Source: Candidatus Calescibacterium sp.
GTDB lineage: Bacteria; DRYD01
Assembly (NCBI GenBank): GCA_025057615.1
Contig: JANXBF010000002.1
Span: 16,654 to 80,653 of the forward strand
Direction: 5' to 3'
DNA: 64,000 nt
Of the stretch, positions 48,287-57,729 are shown in pieces. The notes under the pieces were generated by a model. That model had not been told where the DNA came from. It did not search any database and saw nothing but the letters and a program-made list of their open reading frames with translations. Numbering within the stretch: the first letter of the stretch is position 1; every line of letters begins with the position of its first letter. The translations under genes and the position numbers were made by a program.

Positions 48287-49441
48287 GTGAAAAACACAAT
48301 AAAATATATCGTAGAAATAATAGACATACCTGCATTCGTTACTAATAAAAAACAAAAAATAATTGCTAATAACCAATATTTTATTAATCTTTTACAAAAC
48401 ACAGATGTTTCAAAAAATAAGGAATTGAGTGAGCGAATAACCGATTTTATCGAAAAACCCGATAAATTCGTTGATATGATTTCCAATAAGGATAAAATTA
48501 GATTCCTTAAAACATTAACTAGTAATCATAAAATTATAAATTTGCTCTTCTTGTTGGACGATATCGGGTATAAGGTTACACACTTCACTTCTTTGAATAT
48601 TAGTATAGATTATGGTAAACCAATTTTATCCAGTGTTTTCATATTTAGATTATTTACTTCTAGCTTACCGAAGGATAATGAATTGTTCATTGTTATGTTT
48701 GACCTAAACATTGTTGAATTTTTTAGTAGTATTGTTAGCAAGAAAGAGTTGAAGGAGATTGAAGAAATAAATAAAAAGTACACAGTTTTGTTTCAGATAG
48801 CTAACAGGGTATTTTCTGTGGTTAAGGGATTTACGGAGACCCTTATCTTGGGTAAATACAAGGATAGTGATTTGATATATAAATTCATAGAGGTTATTGA
48901 TAATCAGGTTTCACAAGGTATAAAAATTTTGTTGAGTTTTAACCTTTCAGATCACATAGGAGATATTAGCTTTCAAAATATTAATCTATACAAGTTTCTC
49001 AATGATTTAGTAAATAAGTATTCTGAAAAATTGATTAGCGATTATCCTGAGTTGATTTTCGATTATTATATTCAACCTAATATACCTGATTTGTATACTG
49101 ATCCATCTAAATTGGAGCTCTGTCTTTATAACTTACTTGATAATGCAGTTAGATTTAGAGATGAAAAAAAAGAGAAATGCTTCATAAAATTCACAGCTTT
49201 TTTCGAATCATCTGTTAATCATATATTGATGATTGTTGAGGATAATGGGATAGGTATGGATAAAGATGAAATATTACAGCTTGGTCAAATTTTTAAGACT
49301 TTCTCTGATAAATCTGGTATAGGATTGGGAATGTATACGGTTTATAAAATAATAAAAGCCATGAAATGGAACATAAAAATTGAGAGCGAAAAGTATAAGT
49401 ATACAAAAGTAATTTTAACCATACCTTTGGAAAATGTTTGA
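48287..49441 (+). CDS. histidine kinase-like protein lacking the H-box histidine
   Basis: HATPase boxes NLLDNA, EDNGIGM and SGIGLG intact; DHp helix reads FQIANRVFSVVKGFTETL. Confidence 0.75.
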   Translation: MKNTIKYIVEIIDIPAFVTNKKQKIIANNQYFINLLQNTDVSKNKELSERITDFIEKPDKFVDMISNKDKIRFLKTLTSNHKIINLLFLLDDIGYKVTHFTSLNISIDYGKPILSSVFIFRLFTSSLPKDNELFIVMFDLNIVEFFSSIVSKKELKEIEEINKKYTVLFQIANRVFSVVKGFTETLILGKYKDSDLIYKFIEVIDNQVSQGIKILLSFNLSDHIGDISFQNINLYKFLNDLVNKYSEKLISDYPELIFDYYIQPNIPDLYTDPSKLELCLYNLLDNAVRFRDEKKEKCFIKFTAFFESSVNHILMIVEDNGIGMDKDEILQLGQIFKTFSDKSGIGLGMYTVYKIIKAMKWNIKIESEKYKYTKVILTIPLENV

Positions 49442-50405
49442 TAGCGATATAAAGGAAGTATGTATAATAGGTTATTATGGTTTTGGTAACATAGGGGATG
49501 ATGCCATATTGATTGCAGCCTTGGAGGAATATACTAAAGCCTATGATATGTATGTTAGAATACTTGTTAACAAAAATGATTATGTTGAAAGGATGTTAAA
49601 AGAGTTTCACTTGAATGATAATATTGTTTTATATGATAGATGGAATATAGGGCAAATAGCTGAATCTATACATTATTCTGATGCTCTGATATTTTGTGGG
49701 GGTGGTTTGTTTCAGGATAAAACATCTCTGAAAAGTTTCATGTATTACTTTTTTTTGGCTTTTTTAGCGCACTTAAAGAAAAAAAAGATAATCATAGAGA
49801 GAAATAGTATAGGTCCTCTAAATACTAAAGTTAGCAGATTTTTATTTTCAAAAGTTTTGAATTGGGCAAGCACCGTATCTGTTAGGGACACTATTTCATA
49901 TAATTTTCTTGTTCAAAACTATCCTGAATTTTCACTGAAATATAGAATTAAACAAGATTTTGTAATGTCTGATATATCTTCCAATATTTTTAAGAGATCT
50001 GTTAGTAAGGAAAAAAATTATGACATCCTTTTTATTTTGAGAAAATCTCAAGGGATTGAACAAATAGCAGATTTAATTAATCAGATTAAGAACGAATATA
50101 GCCTGAGAGTAATAGTTTTTCAAGAAGGAGATTTGTTTGTTTTAAAGGATATTATTCAAAATGTCGATTATCCAGGTCCAGGTAAGATTTACGAAACTCT
50201 GGAAATTATTCAATCTTCAAGAGTGGTAGTATCTAACAGGTTACATGGTCTGATTATGGCTTTTATGAACGATATAAAAACTATAGGAATATCTACGGAT
50301 CCTAAAATAGAGGGATTCTGCAAAGACTATAACCTGGATTATTTATGTGATAATGATTATCAACTTAAAGATAAACTGATTTCACTCCTGAAAGTTTATT
50401 TATAA
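49434..50405 (+). CDS. csaB: polysaccharide pyruvyl transferase, CsaB family
   Basis: GYYGFGNIGDDA, GGGLFQDKTS, SIGP, SVRD, RLHGLI and DPK motifs. Confidence 0.88.
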   Translation: MFDSDIKEVCIIGYYGFGNIGDDAILIAALEEYTKAYDMYVRILVNKNDYVERMLKEFHLNDNIVLYDRWNIGQIAESIHYSDALIFCGGGLFQDKTSLKSFMYYFFLAFLAHLKKKKIIIERNSIGPLNTKVSRFLFSKVLNWASTVSVRDTISYNFLVQNYPEFSLKYRIKQDFVMSDISSNIFKRSVSKEKNYDILFILRKSQGIEQIADLINQIKNEYSLRVIVFQEGDLFVLKDIIQNVDYPGPGKIYETLEIIQSSRVVVSNRLHGLIMAFMNDIKTIGISTDPKIEGFCKDYNLDYLCDNDYQLKDKLISLLKVYL

Positions 50406-50426
50406 AAAATATTAAATTACAAATTT

Positions 50427-52469
50427 TTATTCTGATATTAATCCTTTTCTTGTTAGTGTAAATTTGCCACTTTCGTCTATTCTGAGTATTTTTACTATTA
50501 TTTCATCATCTATTTTAAATACTTTTCTTGCATCTTGTATGTATCCCATATCTGCTTCTGAGATATGTAGGAGTCCTATTTTACCCTCTGCTATTTTGAC
50601 AAATACTCCATATGGCTCGACTCTTACTATTTTGCCGATGTATACTTTTCCTTCTTGGAAATTGGTTATGTTTTCTATGAGTTCTTTTGCTTTTATTGCA
50701 TTTTCCTCATTTGTTGAATAAATAATAACCCTTCCATCATCCTCTATATCTATTTTTACATTGGTCTGCTCTATAATTTTTTTAATAATTTTTCCTTGTG
50801 GACCGATGACTTCTGGTATTTTTGATTGTTCAATTTGTAGTAATGTCACTCTTGGTGCTCTTGGAGAGAGTGAATTGGGTTTTGGCAATTTTGAATACAT
50901 CAATTCCAATATTTGTTCTCTGGCTTCTTTAGCTCTGAACAGAGTATCATATATTATATCAAATGTGATTCCTTCTAGTTTGGTATCCATTTGTATTGCT
51001 GTTATTCCATTTTTTGTTCCTGCTATTTTAAAATCCATTTCTCCAAAGAAATCTTCAAACCCTTGTATGTCTGTAAGTAAAACATATTCATTATTTTGAG
51101 TAAGCAGCCCTATTGATATACCAGCTATATGTTGTTCTATTGGAACTCCGGCATCCATCAGAGCTAAGCTACTGCCACACACTGAAGCCATTGATGTTGA
51201 ACCATTTGATTCCAAAACTTCGGAAACAACTCTTATGGTATAAGGGAAAATATTTTCCGATGGTATCAATGGTTCTAGAGCTTTTTCTGCTAAATAACCA
51301 TGTCCTATTTCTCTTCGTGATGGTGGACCTATTCTTTTGGCTTCTCCAACTGAGAACGGAGGGAAGTAATAATGATGCATAAATCTCTTGAATTCTTCTT
51401 CAAAAGTTAAACCTTCTATCATTTGCTGATCTGCTTTAGTACCTAGAGTAACCACTGATAAAACCTGTGTCTGTCCTCTTGTGAATATTGCACTTCCATG
51501 TGGATATGCCAGTATTCCCGTTTCAATGCTTATCGGTCTTATTTCATTGAAATTTCTGTTGTCTATCCTTCTTTTATCTTTAAAAATTTGGTCTTTTAAG
51601 AACTTTTTTAAAAACTTTTTCTTTGTAACTGAGAATTGGAACTCTGTATATTTGCTTACTTCTTCGAGTAATTCTTTATTTTCTGAAATTTTTGATTTTA
51701 AATTTTCTAGAGTTAGTTCATTCAATAGAATATTTCTTTTTCTTTTATCTGCTTCATTTAAAATATTTTTAGTGATATTGGAGAAATGTTCAAGATATAA
51801 TTTTTCCAGTGTTTCGGGAATACTTATTATTGATGGGGGAATTTTCGTTGGTTTTAAATCTTCAATAATTTTCTCTTGAAATTCTATTAGTTTTTTATTT
51901 ATTTCAAAAGATTTTTTCATTGCTGAAAATATTTCTTGCTCTGATGTCTGTTTCCCTTTGAACTCTATCATTGTTATTTTATCTTTGGTAGAACACAGTA
52001 CTAGCTCAAAATTATCTGTTTTATAGACGTTAGCGCTTACCGGTGATAATATTGGTATCTGGCTTATATTTAGTGCTATCGAAGCTCCTATGAGTCCAAG
52101 TATTTCTGGATTTTCATTTATGTCTGCTGAAAATACCTGAACAAAAACATTTATGTCATGATAAAAATCAGGTATTAGTGGCCTAAGTGTTCTATCAATC
52201 AGTCTAGCTTTAATAATTTCCTGGTCTGTGGGCTTACCCTCTTTCTTTATGAAACCACCAGGAATTTTTCCTACTGCATACATTCTTTCCAAATAATCAA
52301 CTGTTAATGGAGTGAAATCTATATCTTGACGAGGATTTTCTGAAAAAGTGACTGCTACCAGAACCCAACAGGTTCCACTCTTGACAACAACACTGCTTGA
52401 AGCTTGTTTAGCTATAGTATTTATCTCAAATTCAATATTCTTATTCCCAATGGAGAATGAGTATTTCAT
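50427..52469 (-). CDS. pnp: polyribonucleotide nucleotidyltransferase (PNPase)
   Basis: FTPLTVDY, RLIDRTLRP, RREIGHG, ESNGSTSMAS and MDFKIAGT motifs; KH and S1 domains. Confidence 0.96.
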   Translation of the reverse strand: MKYSFSIGNKNIEFEINTIAKQASSSVVVKSGTCWVLVAVTFSENPRQDIDFTPLTVDYLERMYAVGKIPGGFIKKEGKPTDQEIIKARLIDRTLRPLIPDFYHDINVFVQVFSADINENPEILGLIGASIALNISQIPILSPVSANVYKTDNFELVLCSTKDKITMIEFKGKQTSEQEIFSAMKKSFEINKKLIEFQEKIIEDLKPTKIPPSIISIPETLEKLYLEHFSNITKNILNEADKRKRNILLNELTLENLKSKISENKELLEEVSKYTEFQFSVTKKKFLKKFLKDQIFKDKRRIDNRNFNEIRPISIETGILAYPHGSAIFTRGQTQVLSVVTLGTKADQQMIEGLTFEEEFKRFMHHYYFPPFSVGEAKRIGPPSRREIGHGYLAEKALEPLIPSENIFPYTIRVVSEVLESNGSTSMASVCGSSLALMDAGVPIEQHIAGISIGLLTQNNEYVLLTDIQGFEDFFGEMDFKIAGTKNGITAIQMDTKLEGITFDIIYDTLFRAKEAREQILELMYSKLPKPNSLSPRAPRVTLLQIEQSKIPEVIGPQGKIIKKIIEQTNVKIDIEDDGRVIIYSTNEENAIKAKELIENITNFQEGKVYIGKIVRVEPYGVFVKIAEGKIGLLHISEADMGYIQDARKVFKIDDEIIVKILRIDESGKFTLTRKGLISE

Positions 52470-52470
52470 A

Positions 52471-53064
52471 TTATTCACTTCCTTTCCATAATCCTTTTTT
52501 TTCTCTTTGTGCAGATCTTTGAGCTTCCAAGAATTTATCTTGATATTTTACATTGGGAGGCACTGTATATACTTTTGCATATCCCTCTTTTAAAAGTATA
52601 TAATTTAACATTTGACTATTTTCTAAGTATACATAGGCTAACTTTCTATTGTATTTGTCATACATTTGTATATCGTATTCAAGGTACAGATATTTTGATC
52701 GACTAACTAGATTTTCTGTGAATTCTTTGCTTTTTATACCCATTTTTATTATTTCTTCCGAGTTTTTCCCAGTTTTTTTTGAATCCCTTTTGAGTTTGGG
52801 GTTTTCATTACTTTCTGGAGTATCAACCCCTATTAACCTGACTTTGAATTCTTGGTTATTGTTATAAGATTTAACTTTTATTGTATCTCCGTCTATTACT
52901 TTGATTGGTATTACAATTTCTTTATCTTTCAGGAAGTTTGCATCTTTTTTGAATTCTTGTTGAGCATTCTGATAATTGTTGTTTAAATACAAGGATAGTA
53001 AGAGAATAATAAAGAGTATAATTAAATTGAAAGTTCTGGATATATAATTTATTTTCTTCCTCAT
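52471..53064 (-). CDS. thermonuclease (SNase-like), N-terminally anchored
   Basis: VIDGDT, VRLIGVDTPE, DKYNRKLAYVY, GYAKV and KGLW motifs. Confidence 0.93.
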   Translation of the reverse strand: MRKKINYISRTFNLIILFIILLLSLYLNNNYQNAQQEFKKDANFLKDKEIVIPIKVIDGDTIKVKSYNNNQEFKVRLIGVDTPESNENPKLKRDSKKTGKNSEEIIKMGIKSKEFTENLVSRSKYLYLEYDIQMYDKYNRKLAYVYLENSQMLNYILLKEGYAKVYTVPPNVKYQDKFLEAQRSAQREKKGLWKGSE

Positions 53065-53075
53065 CTATAAAAAAA

Positions 53076-54431
53076 TTACAATAGTCTTTTTATACTTTCA
53101 AAATCTTGATTTTCTAATAATATGTTGTATATTGTCTCTATTTCTGATGGATTTAGATTCTTTAAATTATTTTTATACCAATCTATTGATTTTATAATTA
53201 ATTCATACAATTCCTTTATTTCATATTTTGTTTTTGATTTATTTATAATGTATACATGTGTTATTTCATAATCATCTGGATACTTTGAAAGATATTCTTT
53301 TATTGTTGTTAGTTTTTCTTCTAAATTTGTTTTGTTATTGATTTCTTCTATTATTTTCTGTTTTTCCATGTTTTTAATTTTTTCCCACGGTATTAGGTGA
53401 GAGAACTTTTGGATAATATAGTTATATTCATTATTTTTAGATAATTTTTGGAATTCTTCAAGTTTTTGGAATAGAATTTCCCCTATTTTTTCACTTGATT
53501 GATTGTTATTTAGCATTGATTCTACATACATTGATATATATTCTATATTATATGGTTCCAAATTTAGAAGAGTTTTAGCTATTGTTAACATTTTATCATT
53601 TAGTTTTTTTTCTGTACATATTTTGTAAGCATTTTTCAAGATTGTTTGTTGCTTTTCTTTTTGGTTGAATCTACCAAGCCAATTTGAATATTCTACATAG
53701 AGATTTATGTTATATGGATCTATAGTTATCCTTTTCTCAAATGTTTTTATTATTATTTCTTGAAAATTGTTTATATTTTCTGGAAATATTTCTATAAAAT
53801 TGTTTTTATTGATTATGTCTAATATTTCGATGTAGCTGTTTAGCTGTAATAGTATGTTAAACGCTTCGAAAAGGTATTTTTTAGCTGTTTCTTTTTCACC
53901 TAATTTCAAGAGAGTATTTGTTAGCTTTATGTACTCTGTAGATAATTGTATTTTTTTAGTTGGATCTGATTTTAATTTTTCTACTTTTTTATAATATAGC
54001 CTCAGTAGATCTCTGTATAGACCGGATTCCAAATATATGTTTTCACTGTCATCATACCAGCTTATGCTTTGTAATAGCTCACTTATATCTCCAACCAATT
54101 CTTGTGATATGGCTTTTTCTATTGTATTTGTTGATGTTTTTATAACTTCTATTAGGTTAACTTTGTATATTGTTGATGATGTTTTCATTTTAGACAGTGC
54201 TAATAATAGATTAATTTTGGGATTATCGGGGAAAGATTTCTGTAGCTCTGTTAAAGTTGATTCCATTGTTTTAATATTACCTGCCATATATAAGCTTACT
54301 GCCCTTGGAATAGTGGAGTATAGCCTGTATTCTTGAGGATAATCCTTATCAACATTTGTTTTTATCTTGTTTATTTTGGATATTAATTCTGTAAGTATCA
54401 ATCTTAATTTTCTCTTTATAATACTCTTCAT
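53076..54431 (-). CDS. TPR-like helical protein (possibly the 3' part of a frameshifted gene)
   Basis: TPR-like segments such as FPDNPKINLLLA, IDPYNINLY and LEPYNIEY. Confidence 0.6.
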   Translation of the reverse strand: MKSIIKRKLRLILTELISKINKIKTNVDKDYPQEYRLYSTIPRAVSLYMAGNIKTMESTLTELQKSFPDNPKINLLLALSKMKTSSTIYKVNLIEVIKTSTNTIEKAISQELVGDISELLQSISWYDDSENIYLESGLYRDLLRLYYKKVEKLKSDPTKKIQLSTEYIKLTNTLLKLGEKETAKKYLFEAFNILLQLNSYIEILDIINKNNFIEIFPENINNFQEIIIKTFEKRITIDPYNINLYVEYSNWLGRFNQKEKQQTILKNAYKICTEKKLNDKMLTIAKTLLNLEPYNIEYISMYVESMLNNNQSSEKIGEILFQKLEEFQKLSKNNEYNYIIQKFSHLIPWEKIKNMEKQKIIEEINNKTNLEEKLTTIKEYLSKYPDDYEITHVYIINKSKTKYEIKELYELIIKSIDWYKNNLKNLNPSEIETIYNILLENQDFESIKRLL

Positions 54432-54678
54432 ATTCGGTAATTTGTATGAAATTTATTTCACTAATTAGATATATTAGAGATAGCTGTAGAAGACTATTGT
54501 TTGTGTTTGCCAGTAAGTTGATTATATCATCAACTATATTTTTAACAAGATTATCATCAAAATAGGTTCTATAATAGAATGCTAAATCTTTTACTCCTTG
54601 TTCGTAAATGTAACCTATGTCTTTATCCTCAATTTTGGTTTTTAATATATCTAATTTGTTTTTCCAAAACTCATCCAT
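54349..54678 (-). CDS. hypothetical protein (possibly the 5' part of the downstream TPR gene)
   Basis: Start overlaps the stop of the upstream TPR gene; 83-bp overlap with the next ORF. Confidence 0.5.
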   Translation of the reverse strand: MDEFWKNKLDILKTKIEDKDIGYIYEQGVKDLAFYYRTYFDDNLVKNIVDDIINLLANTNNSLLQLSLIYLISEINFIQITEYEEYYKEKIKIDTYRINIQNKQDKNKC

Positions 54679-57635
54679 TATTTTATTGTTAATGTTTTAT
54701 AAAATTCTATTAATTCTGTTTCTCTTATTTCATCAATAATTAGCTGAAGTTTTTCTAATATTTTTTGAGAGAATTCAGGGTCAATATTTTTGTTGTACCA
54801 ACATTGAATTAAACTTATCATAAACTGTGCATTTGGATCATCTAAATCCTCTATTACTTTGTTTATATAATTATTTATTAATGTTTGATCATTATTATTA
54901 ATTATGAGTTCAATTATTTGTATGAGACTATTTTTTAGATTGTTTTTTACAATTTGACTTTCTTTAATTATATTTATCAAATTTGATAGATAGTTTTTAA
55001 TTTCTTCAAACTTAATGAATATTAAACAGGGATAATTTGAAGCCGTTAAATAGGATATTATCCAAATATTTTTATTTAGTTTATTATTTTCCAGTAATTT
55101 GAGATAAGAATCATATGGATTTTCAAATGTTGTAAAGGGTAATATTATTGTCCGTATATTTATATCTTCTATTAAAGATAGATCTATCATAATTTTTTCT
55201 GTTATTTTGCTGTATATTTCTGTTAGCAAGTTTGTTATATCTGATGTCTTTTTTATTAATTTTTCTACGGTGCTGATTTTTTGGTTTTTTATTGCGTTTA
55301 TAATTATCCATCCTTTAGTTTTGAGCGAAATATTTTCAAAAACTGAGCTATAATCAACGTTGTTTAAAAGCAATTCTATATTTTCCATACTTAATAATTC
55401 TATGTTTTTGAAAGAGGAAATTTTCAAAAAAATATATATAAAATCTATGTTTTTTTCTTCATTAAGTACATCTATGTACGTTTTTTTTATCTCTTCTTCT
55501 TTATCGGGATATTTTTCTGTCAGTAAAGTATATAATTTTATAAAGTTGCTTACATAGTTATTGTTTATTGTATATCTTATTATTTCTTTTATAGAATATT
55601 TAAATTCTTCATAATTTTTTGATATTGAAACCTGTTCTAATATTGAAATTATTGGATCTGTATTTTGAATATTTGGTATTGAAATATATTCCAAAGATTT
55701 TTCATATCCAATTTGTTTTATGGCTTCTATGAGTTTTTGTTTAACCATATTTAGATTGTAAGTATTTGCTATTATTAATATTCTGTAAATCCAAATAAAT
55801 AAACGGAACTTATTTGTTGTTATTTGGGAAATGTTATTTATGAGTTGTATAGAATTTGATATTACTGTTTCTACTGAGTTAAAATTTGAAAGGATGTTAA
55901 GAAGAGTGTTTTCATACATTTCTATTTCTATATTTCTAATTTGTTCGATATCTATTTTTGTATCTGTTTGTACTTCTATTTGTTTTTCTTCTTCTTGGTA
56001 TACTTTTTCTTTTTCTATTTCTTTGATTAATTCTTCTTTTGTCATTATTACTGTAGATTTAATTTCTTCTTGAACATCTTCTTTTGTTGCTAATTCTAAC
56101 TGATTTGAAGTTAATTCAGATTTATCTAATTCAGATTTATTTGGTATTAATTCTGTTTTGTCAAAATTTTTTTCTATTGTCGATTTGGTTAATAATGGTT
56201 TTTCTAATGTTGGCTTTTCTAATGTTTGCTTTTCTGTGAAAGGTTTATCTTGTTTAGTGAGAGTTGGTTTATCAACTGTTTTCATTTGAGAAAATTCTTT
56301 TTTAAGAAATGCTGATTGTTTTATACCTAATGTGCTTTCTTTTATCAGAACATTTTCTTTTTTTGTTAATAGAGTTTTTTTTGATAAATCTTCTTGAGAG
56401 TCTTTTCTTATAAATATACCGGTGCTTTTTTTAGTTGTCTTTGGTAATGTCTCTCTGATTTCTGTATTTTTTTCTGTATTTTTATAATAGATATATTTCG
56501 ATTGATTTTCTTGGTTTGTTGATATTTTATCTTCAATTTTTGATTCTTGTTGAATTCCTTGTTTTGATGATATTATATCTTCTATTTTTGACTCTTGTTG
56601 AGTTATTTGTTCTTCTATTAGGTTTTCCATATTTTCTACTTTAGTTTCTTCTTTGGTCATTTCTACTTTTTGTTCTTCTGTTGCAATATGTTCTATTATG
56701 TTTCTATACTTTTCCAAATATGATTCTTTTATAGTTACTAATATATCCATTGCTTCTTTTAATTCTTTATTTTGATTACTTTGGTATAGTTCGGGTATAA
56801 CTTGATCCAGTACTTTTTCAGCTTCTACTTTATTACCCGAGTGGAAATGTATTATTCCTAGCAAATATCGATATTTGGGATTAAGCGGATCAAGCTCAAT
56901 TGCTCTTTTTATTGCTATATTTGCTCCACGATAATTACCTTTTAGGTTATCTATTTCTGCTATTTTGTATAAAACTTCTGGATCATTCTGGTTATATCTT
57001 AATAAGCTTCTGAGAATTTTGGAAGCAGATTCAAACTCTCTTTTTTTAGCATATAATTCTACTAATTCCATTATATTATCTCTGTTTGCTGGATCTATTA
57101 CGCTTATTTGTTCTCGTAATTTTATTTTCTCTTCTAAATTGGAAATTTTTTCTATTGCCTGTAAATAGAAGTTGACTGCTTTATCTATGTGTCCTTCTGT
57201 TTCATATACATTTGCAGCCAATATTATATTATCTATATCGTTGGGGTTTGCATTTATTATCTCCGTCATTATGTTTATTGCTTTTCCGAATTTCCCTATA
57301 CTGGATAATACTTTTATATATGTTTTTATATATATATTTTTTTCTACTTGATCTATGTTTATATTACTTAGAAAGTTGATGAATTTTTCAAAAATTTCAT
57401 CATCTTCCGGAAAGATTGAAAGTGCTTTTTGATACTCTATCAATGCTATATTTGGCTTATTACTTATAAATTTGTCAATATATAACATTATTCCGTCTCT
57501 TAGATCTGCTAAATATCCATATTTACAAAGAAAGTTAAGTATTTCGTTTATAACATTATAATCTATATTTTCATTTGATAATAATTCTTTGTATTCGTTT
57601 AATTTATTTAGTATTTCTTCTCTACTATTGAACAT
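54678..57635 (-). CDS. large TPR-repeat protein with central low-complexity linker
   Basis: N-terminal TPRs (e.g. AIELDPLNPKYRYLLG), E/K/T/Q-rich linker with short repeats, helical C-terminal part. Confidence 0.8.
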   Translation of the reverse strand: MFNSREEILNKLNEYKELLSNENIDYNVINEILNFLCKYGYLADLRDGIMLYIDKFISNKPNIALIEYQKALSIFPEDDEIFEKFINFLSNINIDQVEKNIYIKTYIKVLSSIGKFGKAINIMTEIINANPNDIDNIILAANVYETEGHIDKAVNFYLQAIEKISNLEEKIKLREQISVIDPANRDNIMELVELYAKKREFESASKILRSLLRYNQNDPEVLYKIAEIDNLKGNYRGANIAIKRAIELDPLNPKYRYLLGIIHFHSGNKVEAEKVLDQVIPELYQSNQNKELKEAMDILVTIKESYLEKYRNIIEHIATEEQKVEMTKEETKVENMENLIEEQITQQESKIEDIISSKQGIQQESKIEDKISTNQENQSKYIYYKNTEKNTEIRETLPKTTKKSTGIFIRKDSQEDLSKKTLLTKKENVLIKESTLGIKQSAFLKKEFSQMKTVDKPTLTKQDKPFTEKQTLEKPTLEKPLLTKSTIEKNFDKTELIPNKSELDKSELTSNQLELATKEDVQEEIKSTVIMTKEELIKEIEKEKVYQEEEKQIEVQTDTKIDIEQIRNIEIEMYENTLLNILSNFNSVETVISNSIQLINNISQITTNKFRLFIWIYRILIIANTYNLNMVKQKLIEAIKQIGYEKSLEYISIPNIQNTDPIISILEQVSISKNYEEFKYSIKEIIRYTINNNYVSNFIKLYTLLTEKYPDKEEEIKKTYIDVLNEEKNIDFIYIFLKISSFKNIELLSMENIELLLNNVDYSSVFENISLKTKGWIIINAIKNQKISTVEKLIKKTSDITNLLTEIYSKITEKIMIDLSLIEDINIRTIILPFTTFENPYDSYLKLLENNKLNKNIWIISYLTASNYPCLIFIKFEEIKNYLSNLINIIKESQIVKNNLKNSLIQIIELIINNNDQTLINNYINKVIEDLDDPNAQFMISLIQCWYNKNIDPEFSQKILEKLQLIIDEIRETELIEFYKTLTIK

Positions 57636-57729
57636 GTTTTATCCCATTTATTAATATTCAACAATGCACATCTTTTCCCTTATGTTTATATTTATTTCCT
57701 GCTTCAATAAATAATACAACTTAGAGATA

